Shown piece after piece: positions 9,593 through 19,569 of a DNA stretch of 64,000 nt (its first letter is position 1; each line of letters opens with the position of its first letter). The position numbers and the translations under genes were made by a program. The DNA is from Flavobacteriaceae bacterium (GTDB lineage: Bacteria; Bacteroidota; Bacteroidia; Flavobacteriales; Flavobacteriaceae): NCBI GenBank assembly GCA_965655805.1, contig CBFHJN010000002.1, forward strand, positions 3,143 to 67,142, in the 5' to 3' direction. Below the pieces are notes generated by a model that saw only the letters and a list, made by a program, of their open reading frames with translations, ran no database searches and was not told the DNA's origin.

Positions 9593-11134
9593 TTATATTT
9601 TCAACAACCACTCTTTCACATCCACTTCTTTCTTGATAATATCGCGTAAATCGGATATCTTCACACGACTTTGTTCCATAGTATCACGATGACGGATTGT
9701 TACCGTTTGGTCTTCCAACGTGTCATGATCTACTGTAATACAAAATGGTGTTCCGTTGGCATCTTGACGCCTGTAACGTCTTCCAACGGCATCTTTTTCG
9801 TCGTAATCCATATTGAAATCCCACTTCAAATCATCAAAAATTTGACGTGCAATTTCTGGCAAACCATCCTTTTTAACCAACGGCAAAATAGCCGCTTTTA
9901 CAGGAGCTAAAACGGCTGGTAATTTTAAAACCGTTCTGGTTGTGTTATTATCCAATTCTTCTTCCACTAACGCATTAGAGAAAACAGCCAAAAACATACG
10001 ATCTAAACCAATAGAGGTTTCTAAAACATAAGGTGTATAACTCGCATTATCTTCATGATCGAAATATTGTAACTTCTTACCTGAAAACTCTTCGTGTTGT
10101 TTTAAGTCGAAATCTGTACGTGAGTGAATGCCTTCCAATTCTTTAAAGCCAAATGGGAATTTGAATTCAATATCCGTTGCAGCATCGGCATAATGGGCTA
10201 ATTTTTCATGGTCGTGGAATCGGTAATTATCGGTTCCCATACCTAATGATATATGCCATTTCATTCGGGTTTCTTTCCAATACTCAAACCATTCCATTTG
10301 TGTTCCTGGCTTGATAAAAAATTGCATTTCCATTTGTTCAAACTCACGCATTCTGAAAATAAATTGTCTCGCAACAATTTCATTTCTAAAAGCTTTACCT
10401 GTTTGTGCAATTCCAAACGGAATTTTCATACGTCCTGTTTTCTGAACATTTAAAAAGTTCACAAAAATACCTTGGGCTGTTTCTGGACGTAAATATAAAT
10501 CCATAGCATGTTCTGCAGAAGCACCGAGTTTGGTTCCAAACATGAGGTTAAATTGCTTCACATCTGTCCAATTTCTAGAACCAGTTAGTGGATCAGCAAT
10601 TTCTAATTCTTCAATTAGGGCTTTAACATCCAATAAATCTTCAGCTTCTAAAGATTTTCCCATTCTGGTTAAAATGGTCTGAATCTTTTCAAAGTAACCA
10701 ACGACTCTTGGGTTGGTACTTATAAATTCTTCTTTATTAAAAGCATCACCAAAGCGTTTTTCAGCTTTAGCAACTTCTTTATCTATTTTAGCTTCTATTT
10801 TTGCGCAGTAATCTTCGATTAAAACATCAGCACGATAACGTTTTTTAGAATCTTTATTATCTATTAACGGATCGTTAAATGCATCTACGTGACCAGAGGC
10901 TTTCCAGGTGGTTGGATGCATAAAAATGGAGGCATCAATACCAACAATATTATCATGCATTTGCACCATGGCTTTCCACCAGTAATCGCGAATGTTCTTT
11001 TTTAGTTCTGCACCATTTTGTGCATAATCATATACTGCACTTAATCCGTCGTAGATTTCACTACTTTGGAACACGTAACCATACTCCTTTGCGTGAGAGA
11101 TTACTTTTTTAAATTGATCGTCATTGTTTGCCAT
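9593..11134 (-). CDS. glyS: Glycine--tRNA ligase, alpha2 (homodimeric) type
   Basis: LRPETAQG, FRNE, REFEQMEMQ and a C-terminal anticodon-binding domain (GRRYRRQD...ITVD). Confidence 0.97.
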   Translation of the reverse strand: MANNDDQFKKVISHAKEYGYVFQSSEIYDGLSAVYDYAQNGAELKKNIRDYWWKAMVQMHDNIVGIDASIFMHPTTWKASGHVDAFNDPLIDNKDSKKRYRADVLIEDYCAKIEAKIDKEVAKAEKRFGDAFNKEEFISTNPRVVGYFEKIQTILTRMGKSLEAEDLLDVKALIEELEIADPLTGSRNWTDVKQFNLMFGTKLGASAEHAMDLYLRPETAQGIFVNFLNVQKTGRMKIPFGIAQTGKAFRNEIVARQFIFRMREFEQMEMQFFIKPGTQMEWFEYWKETRMKWHISLGMGTDNYRFHDHEKLAHYADAATDIEFKFPFGFKELEGIHSRTDFDLKQHEEFSGKKLQYFDHEDNASYTPYVLETSIGLDRMFLAVFSNALVEEELDNNTTRTVLKLPAVLAPVKAAILPLVKKDGLPEIARQIFDDLKWDFNMDYDEKDAVGRRYRRQDANGTPFCITVDHDTLEDQTVTIRHRDTMEQSRVKISDLRDIIKKEVDVKEWLLKI

Positions 11135-11138
11135 AGTG

Positions 11139-11146
11139 CAAAAATA
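11139..11146 (-). promoter_or_regulatory. -7 element (TATTTTTG) of glyS, 4 nt before the ATG
   Basis: Exact TAnnTTTG on the minus strand, followed by CACT-ATG. Confidence 0.7.
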
Positions 11147-11147
11147 A

Positions 11148-11176
11148 AAAACCGCTTCAACTAAATGAGCGGTTTT
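11148..11176 (-). terminator. Intrinsic terminator of the 11198-12082 gene, abutting the glyS promoter
   Basis: Stem AAAACCGCT...AGCGGTTTT followed by a T-rich tract on the minus strand. Confidence 0.7.
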
Positions 11177-11197
11177 CAGAAAAATATAATAGGTTAA

Positions 11198-12082
11198 TTA
11201 ATTTAGTCGGATTTTTGATGTGCCAAGCACCAGATTATCATGAAAAACAGATATCAGATAATCACCTTTTTCCAATGGCTTTTGTTGATTGATATTTATT
11301 TTGGTACAAACATCTAAATTATCATTTGTGTAATTTACAGATGTTTTACCGCTATATGCTAAATGTTCTTGCCCAAAAACAGCTGTACCACGTACAGAAA
11401 CAATTTTGTTGTCTGGCCCTAAAATTTGAACATACATATCTTTATTGCCTTGTGCCGCAAACTCGTTTTTCAATATTTTGAAACACACTTCTAAATTATC
11501 AGTCTCTAAAGCATTAGATGTTTTAACGTCATAATCGTTTCTATTTGTAATAATTGCATTTACTGACATTTTATCAAGAGATAATGCTGTAATTTCATCA
11601 ATAAATGCCGTAAGCTTTAAATTTTGTGCTTCCAGTTTCGCAAGCGCTAGCTGATTGGATTCGAATTTGCGTAGATGTGTTTCAGAAGTTTCTTTTAATA
11701 CTTCATTTTTTTCTGAAATACTTGCAATTCTATTGAATAAGTTTCTACGCTCCAAAATAAGCGCAGTAATATCAGCTTTATACTTTGAAATTAAAGGATA
11801 ATCCGTTTTTACCAAATTCAATGAATCTAAAGTTGAAGACAATTTAGATTTTGAGTATTGTAACTGTAAAGCTAGTTCCTGATTATCAACACGTGAATAA
11901 TCATAAAGGTTTATCATTTGTGATAATTCACTTTGAACAAGATGAGCTTCTTGTTCCATGATTTCCTCTTGACCTTTTAATGTGCTGTAACTCGATAAAC
12001 TATACGACCCTAATACAACAATGGCTATTACCAATGATCCAATAATTAATTTGTAGTTAAATAATTGAGGGTTAACTATCAT
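11198..12082 (-). CDS. Membrane-anchored coiled-coil protein with a C-terminal beta-sandwich domain, function unknown
   Basis: Single N-terminal TM helix, about 130 aa of heptad-rich sequence, beta-rich C-terminus (LEVCFKI...YVQILGPD...GDYLISVF). No Walker A motif. Confidence 0.7.
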   Translation of the reverse strand: MIVNPQLFNYKLIIGSLVIAIVVLGSYSLSSYSTLKGQEEIMEQEAHLVQSELSQMINLYDYSRVDNQELALQLQYSKSKLSSTLDSLNLVKTDYPLISKYKADITALILERRNLFNRIASISEKNEVLKETSETHLRKFESNQLALAKLEAQNLKLTAFIDEITALSLDKMSVNAIITNRNDYDVKTSNALETDNLEVCFKILKNEFAAQGNKDMYVQILGPDNKIVSVRGTAVFGQEHLAYSGKTSVNYTNDNLDVCTKININQQKPLEKGDYLISVFHDNLVLGTSKIRLN

Positions 12083-12237
12083 CTTAATTAATTTATGGAA
12101 GTAAAACTAAAATTAAAGTTTATTAATTAACTTTTTAATCGACAAACAGAAAAAAAACTTGTTAAAGTTCTACTTTAAATAACAAATGGTTATGCTTTGA
12201 TAAAAAGTTGTAATATATTTAGTATTAAATAATTAGT

Positions 12238-12915
12238 TTGTACCAAGCACTTCTTAACATATTCTTTCCAAAAGTTTGTTACGGCTGTAGCGGATTATTA
12301 CATGACCATGAACAATATGCATGTACGACATGTAGGCATAATTTTCCTGTTACTAATTTTCATTTAAATCAAGATGAAACTGCTTTAAAAGTATTTTATG
12401 GTCGTTTGCCAATTTCAGCGGCAACCGCGCTTTTACGATTTGAAAAGAAAGGTGTTACTCAAAATTTAATACACAACTTAAAATACAAAGGTTATGAAGA
12501 TATTGGCGTTTTTCTTGGCAGCTGGCTAGGTGAGGAATTAAAACATATTCCTGAATACCAAACCGTTGATATGGTGATTCCTGTGCCTCTTCATAAAAAT
12601 AAATTACGAAAACGTGGCTATAATCAGGTTTCAAAATTTGCACAAGAAATCGCTAAAAGCCTAAACGCAGAATATGTTGACGACGTGCTAATAAAAGTAA
12701 CCAATACCAATTCACAAGTTACCAAAAGTCGATTAACGCGTTGGCTGTCTAATGTTGAAATTTTTAAAGTTGTAAATGCTGAAAAAATTCAAAACAAACA
12801 CATTCTGTTGGTGGATGATATTATTACCACAGGTGCTACTTTGGAAGCTTGCGGAACGGTTTTATTAAAAAACAATCAGGTTAAAATAAGCATTGCTACC
12901 ATGGCAATAGCCTAA
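12238..12915 (+). CDS. ComF-family phosphoribosyltransferase-domain protein
   Basis: Two N-terminal CxxC motifs (CYGC, CTTC), RGYNQ, and the PRT motif LLVDDIITTGATL. The TTG start is uncertain. Confidence 0.88.
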   Translation: MYQALLNIFFPKVCYGCSGLLHDHEQYACTTCRHNFPVTNFHLNQDETALKVFYGRLPISAATALLRFEKKGVTQNLIHNLKYKGYEDIGVFLGSWLGEELKHIPEYQTVDMVIPVPLHKNKLRKRGYNQVSKFAQEIAKSLNAEYVDDVLIKVTNTNSQVTKSRLTRWLSNVEIFKVVNAEKIQNKHILLVDDIITTGATLEACGTVLLKNNQVKISIATMAIA

Positions 12916-12970
12916 TGAATGTTTCTTTAGTGATAAATATGTTGTTAATTTGCAAAAAAGAATAGTCGGT

Positions 12971-14581
12971 ATGCGTCAAGCGCTTTTACAAATAATTTTC
13001 AGCCTTTTAATAGTCGGTATTATTGCAAGTTGTGCCAATCGTGGCACTCCAAGTGGTGGTATAAAAGATATTATTCCTCCTAAAATTACCAAATCGGAAC
13101 CTGAAAATTACACGACCAATTTTTCAGAAAATGAAATAAAAATATATTTCGACGAGTATATTAAAATTAATAATATTTCCAGGCAGCTTATCATTTCGCC
13201 TCCCATGGATCCTGCTCCAAATATTATACCGCTTTCCAATGCCAGCAAGTATATCAAAATTAAAATTATGGATACTTTGGCTCCCAATACCACTTATGCC
13301 TTTAATTTTGGGAATAGCATAGTAGATAATAATGAAGAAAACCCGTATCCATATTACAAATACGTATTTTCAACAGGCAATTATATTGATTCCCTTTCTA
13401 TAAAAGGAATTACCGTTGATGCCACCTTAAGAAAACCTGAAGACTTTATTTCTGTGATGTTGTACGAAGTAGATTCTACTTATACAGACTCTATTGTTTT
13501 TAAGCAAAAACCCAAATACGTTACCAATACACTGGATAGCCTTACCACGTTTTCTTTAGAAAATTTAAAGGCTGGCAAATATAAATTAGTAGCCTTAAAG
13601 GATAACAACCAAGATTATAAATTTCAGCCTAAAACAGATAAAATAGCATTTCAAGAAGGCTTTATTAATGTTCCAGTTGATACAACCACATCATTCACCT
13701 TAAAATTATTTTCAGAAGAATTAGAACCTAAAATTATACGACCACGACTTATTTCAGGCGAAAAAATCTCCTTTCCTTTTGAAGGCGATTATGAAAATAT
13801 GACCATTGAAATTACCTCTTCAGTTCCAGACGATTTTCAATCGCGTATCACGAAAGATGCCAAATCAGACAGTTTATACTATTGGTATAAACCGCGTTTG
13901 GAAGTCGATTCACTCCTGTTTCGTGTGCGCAATAAAAATTATGAGCAAGATTTTACCGTAAAAATAAGTGAGCAAAAGCGTGACACCATGAATATAACAG
14001 TGGAACCCAATGGTATTTTAAACTTTAATGAAGATCTTAAAATTTCCAATACCGTTCCGTTTACCAAATTCAGAAAAAAGCTGGTTACTATTTTAGATAA
14101 AGATTCAGTAGCCGTAGATTACAAAGTAAAATTAGATTCGCTATCAAATAGCTACAGCCTAAATTTTGACAAAAAAGAAAGTGAAACCTACCGCATACAA
14201 ATGCTACCAGAAGCATTGACGGATTTCTTCGACAATAAAAATGACACATTAAGTTTTCAGTTGTCCACTAAAACCTATTCGGATTATGGTGATGTTCGTG
14301 TAGAACTTGTAAATGCCAGCTATCCCATTATTGCGCAAATTGTAGACGAGAAAGGTAAAGTTGTAGCTGAACAATACAGCAGAAAACGAGAACCTATTGA
14401 TTTCCGACATATGAAAACGGGTATTTTTTATTTACGTGTGATATATGATACGAATAAAAATAAAAAATACGATTCAGGGAATTACTTGAAAAACATACAA
14501 CCAGAGCGTGTAAGCTATTATAAAGACAAACTGGAAATTCGATCTAATTTTGACCAGATTTACACCTTTACATTATTTTAA
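12971..14581 (+). CDS. Ig-like (Big_5-type) domain lipoprotein
   Basis: Lipobox IIASC, then CANRGTPSGG..D..PP and FDEYI...LIISPP, typical of this Bacteroidota family. ATG 12971 gives a clean signal peptide. Confidence 0.8.
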   Translation: MRQALLQIIFSLLIVGIIASCANRGTPSGGIKDIIPPKITKSEPENYTTNFSENEIKIYFDEYIKINNISRQLIISPPMDPAPNIIPLSNASKYIKIKIMDTLAPNTTYAFNFGNSIVDNNEENPYPYYKYVFSTGNYIDSLSIKGITVDATLRKPEDFISVMLYEVDSTYTDSIVFKQKPKYVTNTLDSLTTFSLENLKAGKYKLVALKDNNQDYKFQPKTDKIAFQEGFINVPVDTTTSFTLKLFSEELEPKIIRPRLISGEKISFPFEGDYENMTIEITSSVPDDFQSRITKDAKSDSLYYWYKPRLEVDSLLFRVRNKNYEQDFTVKISEQKRDTMNITVEPNGILNFNEDLKISNTVPFTKFRKKLVTILDKDSVAVDYKVKLDSLSNSYSLNFDKKESETYRIQMLPEALTDFFDNKNDTLSFQLSTKTYSDYGDVRVELVNASYPIIAQIVDEKGKVVAEQYSRKREPIDFRHMKTGIFYLRVIYDTNKNKKYDSGNYLKNIQPERVSYYKDKLEIRSNFDQIYTFTLF

Positions 14582-15347
14582 ACTGATCACGATCATCTAG
14601 AAATTTTAGTTTTTCACGATATCTTGAAATATGTTTTTTATCTAGAGCTATTATTTCAATATGATCTTTATTTGGCCTAATAGGTGAAATATTATTCCCT
14701 AAAACATCATAAACTGTGGAGTGACCTGAATATTCATTTTGTGCTTCATCCTCACCAATCCGATTCACACCAACGCAATAACACATGTTTTCAATAGCAC
14801 GTGCTTGCAATAGCGCATCCCAAGCAGCAATACGTGGTTTTGGCCAATTGGCTACATAAATTAACGCATCATAATCTGTAGTATTTCTAGCCCAAACAGG
14901 AAAGCGCAAATCATAGCAAATTTGTAAGCAAATATGCCAATCTTTATAATTTACAATTACCTGTTCTTGACCTGATGTAAACACCTTGTGCTCACCAGCT
15001 AATGAAAACGAATGGCGTTTATTATAGGTTTTAATCGTTCCGTCAGGAAAAACAAATAACATGCGGTTATAGAATTTGCCATCTTCTTCAATTATCAAAC
15101 TTCCTGTTATGGCCGCATTGGATTCAGCAGCTCGTTTTTGCATCCATGTAACTGAATCGCCATCCATAGATTCCGCAACAGCTTGGGCATTCATAGTAAA
15201 ACCGGTTGTAAACATTTCGGGCAGCACAATAACATCAACAGGTTTTTTAATGCTTTGTATTTTCTCCTTAAAATGTTCTTGATTGGCTTCTGCATTTTCC
15301 CAAACCAAATGCGTTTGGATTATGGCAACGTTCAATAATTCTTCCAT
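14568..15347 (-). CDS. yafV: Nitrilase-family omega-amidase
   Basis: Catalytic triad in LPEMF, YNKRH and ICYDLRF. Co-oriented with ybdL. Its 3' end overlaps the Big_5 gene by 14 nt. Confidence 0.85.
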   Translation of the reverse strand: MEELLNVAIIQTHLVWENAEANQEHFKEKIQSIKKPVDVIVLPEMFTTGFTMNAQAVAESMDGDSVTWMQKRAAESNAAITGSLIIEEDGKFYNRMLFVFPDGTIKTYNKRHSFSLAGEHKVFTSGQEQVIVNYKDWHICLQICYDLRFPVWARNTTDYDALIYVANWPKPRIAAWDALLQARAIENMCYCVGVNRIGEDEAQNEYSGHSTVYDVLGNNISPIRPNKDHIEIIALDKKHISRYREKLKFLDDRDQFKIM

Positions 15348-15360
15348 ACGATATAAAGGT

Positions 15361-16503
15361 CTACAAATTATTTAATATATCAGCAGCTTTTTTTAGTGTT
15401 TCGTTCGTTTTTGCAAAACAAAATCTTAAAACTTGATCATCTTTGTGTTCTAAATTAAAAACAGACAAGGGAATTGCTGCTAAACCATTTTCATTAGTCA
15501 ATCGTTTTGCAAAGTGGACATCGGGTTCATTCGTAATATTGGAATATCCTAACACCTGAAAATAGGTGCCTTGACTTGGCCTGAAAGTAAATTTAGAATC
15601 TTGAATTAAGCTTAAAAAATAGTCTCGTTTTTCTTGATAGAAATCGCTCAAACCCAAATAATGATTAGCGTCTTGAAGGTAATCAGCCAACCCTTTTTGC
15701 ACGGCACTATTTACCGAAAACACATTAAATTGATGAACTTTCTGAAATTCTTCCATTAACGCCTTTGGTGCAGAGCAGTAACCCATTTTCCATCCTGTAT
15801 TATGAAATGTTTTCCCAAAAGATGCTACTATAAAACTGCGTTGTTTTAGACCTGGAAACAGGCAAACACTTTGGTGTTTTAAACCATCAAAAATCATGTG
15901 TTCATAAACCTCATCACTTAAAACTATAATATCTGTTCCATCTAGTAATGCTTGTAGTTTCAGCATATCCTGTTCAGATAAAACCGTTCCACTCGGATTA
16001 TGAGGCGTATTAATAATTATCATTTTAGTTTTAGTCGAAATTTTATTGGCAACTAAATCCCAATTTATTGAATAATTTGGCGCTTCTAATTGTATAGCAA
16101 TCGGTTTTCCACCGTTAATTTTTATGGCAGGTTCATAACAATCATAAGCTGGTTTAAAAATCATCACCTCATCATCTTTATGAATAAAAGCAGAAATTAT
16201 GGTATAAATAGCCTGTGTAGCTCCAGCGGTAACCGTTATTTCGGAATCAGGATTGTAACTGGTATTGTAGAGTAATTCAAACTTTTTAGCAATCGCTTCT
16301 CGCAATTCCAAATTTCCAGCCATTGGTGCATACTGATTAAAACCGGAATTCATGGCTTGGCTAACGAAGTCAATTAGTTTCTGATCGCTCTTAAAATTAG
16401 GAAATCCTTGCGATAAATTAATAGCATTATGTTTATGCGCTAAGGCACTCATAACTGAAAAAATACTGGTTTCTACTTGTGGTAATTTAGAAATATGTCT
16501 CAT
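15361..16503 (-). CDS. ybdL: Methionine/glutamine aminotransferase, class I PLP enzyme
   Basis: AINLSQGFP, PHNPSG, SDEVYEH, SFGKTFHNTGWKMGY and LRFCFAK. Confidence 0.92.
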   Translation of the reverse strand: MRHISKLPQVETSIFSVMSALAHKHNAINLSQGFPNFKSDQKLIDFVSQAMNSGFNQYAPMAGNLELREAIAKKFELLYNTSYNPDSEITVTAGATQAIYTIISAFIHKDDEVMIFKPAYDCYEPAIKINGGKPIAIQLEAPNYSINWDLVANKISTKTKMIIINTPHNPSGTVLSEQDMLKLQALLDGTDIIVLSDEVYEHMIFDGLKHQSVCLFPGLKQRSFIVASFGKTFHNTGWKMGYCSAPKALMEEFQKVHQFNVFSVNSAVQKGLADYLQDANHYLGLSDFYQEKRDYFLSLIQDSKFTFRPSQGTYFQVLGYSNITNEPDVHFAKRLTNENGLAAIPLSVFNLEHKDDQVLRFCFAKTNETLKKAADILNNL

Positions 16504-16531
16504 ATTTGTAAAGGTAATAAGTTCTATTTAA

Positions 16532-16576
16532 CTTCTCGATACATCCGGATTATAAATAGGGACCCTCGAAGTGACG
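16532..16576. repeat. REP-like extragenic element, family A, copy 1
   Basis: CTTCTCGATACA - 21 nt - CTCGAAGTGACG. Both 12-mer arms recur exactly at 20479-20525. Confidence 0.75.
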
Positions 16577-16636
16577 GAAATATAAGGAAGTTAATAGATA
16601 TCTTTTTTATATTTACAGCACACAAAATTATAAACC

Positions 16637-18766
16637 ATGAAATTAATAAGATTATTAGTACTTTTCCTTGTTTTTCAGGCATCAGCGCAACAAGGTGGCA
16701 TGTGGATTCCTTCACTTTTAGAAGGTATGAATGAAGCCGAAATGACTGCTTTGGGCAGTAAATTATCTGCAAAAGACATTTATGATGTTAATAACTCCAG
16801 CCTTAAAGATGCCATTGGGCATTTTAATGGTGGTTGCACCAGTGAAGTGATTTCTGACAAAGGATTAATTCTTACCAATCACCACTGTGGGTTTGGTGAA
16901 ATCCAATCGCATTCATCTCTAGAAAATGATTATTTAAAAGATGGCTTTTGGGCTATGAAATTAGAAGATGAATTACCTAACGACGGTCTTTATATTGAAT
17001 TTATTGTACGTATTGAAGACGTAACAACACAGGCATTAGCTGGAGTTACAGAAGATATGACAGAGCGCGAAAAGCAATCTACTATAGATAAAAACACAAA
17101 CACGCTTCAAACTCAAGTAACCAAAGAAGCTTGGCAAGACACTAAAGTCAAATCGTTTTTTAAAGGGAATCAGTATTTCTTATTTGTAACCGAACGTTTT
17201 GAGGATATTCGTTTAGTAGGTGCGCCTCCAACCAGTATTGGGAAATTTGGAAGCGATACCGATAATTGGGTTTTCCCAAGACATACAGGCGATTTTTCTA
17301 TGTTTCGTATTTATGCAAATAAAGATAACAAGCCAGCAAAATATAGTAAAGATAATGTGCCATATAAACCAAAACATCACTTACCAATTTCTTTAGATGG
17401 TGTTGAGGAAGGCGATTTTACCATGGTTTTTGGTTTCCCAGGAACAACCGATGAATACTTACCAGCTGTAGCTATTGAGCATATTACTCAAGAATTCAAC
17501 CCAAGCAATATTGCCATTCGTGAAGCAGCTTTAAAGGTCATTGATGCCGAAATGAAGGTGAATGATGATGTACGTATTAAATACGCCTCAAAACAAGCGC
17601 GAATTGCGAACGCTTGGAAAAAATGGATTGGCGAAAATTTAGGTATTAAAAAAAGTAATGCGGTTGAAAAACGTCGTGAGTTTGAAGCCACATTTACCAA
17701 AGCCCTAAAAGAAAAAGGATTGGAAGACAAATACGGTCATATTCTACCAGATTTTGACAAGCTATATAAAGATTTTGCCGAAGTCAACATTAAACGTCGA
17801 AACTTTATTGAAGTCTTTTTGGTAACTAATGAACTGATGACGATGACGTTTAGAGCCTATCAAGTAGAGCAAGCTTTACAGCGTGATCCTGAAAGTTTGG
17901 ATAAAAATCGAGCTTATATTACAGGTGTTTTAGAGGGTATTCATAAAGATTATAGCGTAAAAGTAGATCGCGGTGTTTTTGAAAACGTGATGCCATTTTA
18001 CAGTAAAAATAATGTTGATCCAACCATTTATGATAAAACAGCTTTTACTGATTTAGATTCAGCTTTAGCCTTATTTGAAGGATCTGCTGAAGATGTGATT
18101 AAAAAACTAAATAACGATGCCGCTTATAGCTATGCGAAACCGTTTATTGTCGATTTCTACACAAATTTAAATCCAGAATTTCAACAAAAAAATGATCCGA
18201 TTACGGCACTTCAAACAGAATATATGACAGCGCTTATGAAAGCCTTACCAAACGAACGCTACTTTCCAGATGCTAACGGAACCTTACGTGTTACTTATGG
18301 ACAGGTTAATGGGTATTCACCTAGAGATGCTGTGTATTACAATCCAGTAAGTTATTTAGATGGTGTCATTGAAAAGTACATTCCAGGTGATTACGAGTTT
18401 GATGTCCCTCAAAAATTAATCGACCTATACGACGCTAAAGACTATGGTCAGTATGCAGATGCGAATGGAAAAGTACCAGTTTGCTTTTTAGGAACCAACC
18501 ACACAACTGGTGGTAATTCTGGAAGTCCTGCTATTGATGCACACGGAAATTTAGTCGGTTTAAATTTTGATCGTGTTTGGGAAGGTACCATGAGCGATAT
18601 GAATTACGACCCAGAAATCTGTAGAAATATCATGGTCGATTTACGCTACGTATTGTTCATCGTAGATAAATACGCAGGTGCTTCACACTTGATTGACGAA
18701 ATGACTTTGGTACATCCTAAAAGTGGAAAAAGCAAATCAAAAAATAAGAAGAAAGTTAAGAACTAA
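16637..18766 (+). CDS. dpp11: S46-family dipeptidyl peptidase, DPP11-like (Asp/Glu-specific)
   Basis: Signal peptide QASA/QQ, GGMW, TNHHC, DFSMFR, TTGGNSGSP, and FDR (Arg at the S1 site, where DPP7 has Gly). Confidence 0.85.
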   Translation: MKLIRLLVLFLVFQASAQQGGMWIPSLLEGMNEAEMTALGSKLSAKDIYDVNNSSLKDAIGHFNGGCTSEVISDKGLILTNHHCGFGEIQSHSSLENDYLKDGFWAMKLEDELPNDGLYIEFIVRIEDVTTQALAGVTEDMTEREKQSTIDKNTNTLQTQVTKEAWQDTKVKSFFKGNQYFLFVTERFEDIRLVGAPPTSIGKFGSDTDNWVFPRHTGDFSMFRIYANKDNKPAKYSKDNVPYKPKHHLPISLDGVEEGDFTMVFGFPGTTDEYLPAVAIEHITQEFNPSNIAIREAALKVIDAEMKVNDDVRIKYASKQARIANAWKKWIGENLGIKKSNAVEKRREFEATFTKALKEKGLEDKYGHILPDFDKLYKDFAEVNIKRRNFIEVFLVTNELMTMTFRAYQVEQALQRDPESLDKNRAYITGVLEGIHKDYSVKVDRGVFENVMPFYSKNNVDPTIYDKTAFTDLDSALALFEGSAEDVIKKLNNDAAYSYAKPFIVDFYTNLNPEFQQKNDPITALQTEYMTALMKALPNERYFPDANGTLRVTYGQVNGYSPRDAVYYNPVSYLDGVIEKYIPGDYEFDVPQKLIDLYDAKDYGQYADANGKVPVCFLGTNHTTGGNSGSPAIDAHGNLVGLNFDRVWEGTMSDMNYDPEICRNIMVDLRYVLFIVDKYAGASHLIDEMTLVHPKSGKSKSKNKKKVKN

Positions 18767-18788
18767 TTAGATTCTATTAAATACAATG

Positions 18789-18824
18789 AAAGCCTTACAG
18801 ATTTTAAAAACCTGTGAGGTTTTT
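18789..18824. repeat. REP-like palindrome, family B, probably also a bidirectional terminator
   Basis: AAAGCCTTACAGATTTT-AAAAACCTGTGAGGTTTT between convergent genes. Related to 20559-20595. Confidence 0.65.
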
Positions 18825-18851
18825 GCATTTATGAAACCCATAGTTATAGAA

Positions 18852-19409
18852 TTACTCTTTTATTTTAAAAGTCGTAATCATTTGGATGACTTCAGGTAAG
18901 TAGGTTTCATAATTTTGTTCCGTAGCCCAATAATTTATAACATAATCTTGATTCTGATAATTAAAAAGCACCTTTAAAGTATAATACATAACACCATTAT
19001 AGGTTTTACCATATTTAATAAGGTAATACTTTCCATAAATAGGGTGATTGTCAGATTCATATTTCGGATTAGGATTGCCTTTTTCTTTCAAACCGTCAAC
19101 ATAGGTGTTTAAAGTTTCTTCAATATTTTTACTTTTATAAGTTTCAATATCATAAGCATCCACATAAACATAGCATGAATTGTAATTTTGGGCTAATTGA
19201 TTTTTACTAATTGGGGAATGTGCTAATGTATTATGCAACTCGTAAAATGAGCACCATGCTTCTGGAATGATTAGTTCATAATTTGCCATCAAGGTTTTTA
19301 CTTTATCGGTATCTAAACAGACAAATTGTTTAGGATTTTTTTTTGTTGAACCGCAACCTAATAACAAAACCGCCATTGCAATTATCAATACACTTTCTTT
19401 AATTCTCAT
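18852..19409 (-). CDS. Hypothetical lipoprotein, possibly PsbP/DcrB-like fold
   Basis: Lipobox LLLGC. The C-terminal YVINYWATEQNYETYLPEVIQMITTFKI resembles PsbP-type ends. Confidence 0.6.
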   Translation of the reverse strand: MRIKESVLIIAMAVLLLGCGSTKKNPKQFVCLDTDKVKTLMANYELIIPEAWCSFYELHNTLAHSPISKNQLAQNYNSCYVYVDAYDIETYKSKNIEETLNTYVDGLKEKGNPNPKYESDNHPIYGKYYLIKYGKTYNGVMYYTLKVLFNYQNQDYVINYWATEQNYETYLPEVIQMITTFKIKE

Positions 19410-19541
19410 AATTTGTTAGCTGTATTTAAAAAATTATGTTTTCAATTTAGAAAATTAATTTGAAGGAATAAATACTATAGGTTTTTTTTAATTATAAACA
19501 CTTTAACATATAATTAAAAGATTACAAGCTTAAATTATCCT

Positions 19542-19549
19542 TACATTTG
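19542..19549 (+). promoter_or_regulatory. -7 element (TACATTTG)
   Basis: Exact TAnnTTTG 20 nt upstream of ATG 19570. Confidence 0.55.
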
Positions 19550-19569
19550 GTTTATAAATACTTACAATA

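Noticed and set aside
11198-12082. Possible ParA/SMC-like partition protein
   Set aside because: No Walker A or other ATPase motif. It has only a TM anchor, a coiled coil and a beta domain.
12238-12915. ComF as evidence of natural competence linked to the DNA-uptake hypothesis
   Set aside because: ComF-family genes are widespread in non-competent bacteria. This one is about 45 kb from the locus and no comEA/comEC or pilus genes are present.
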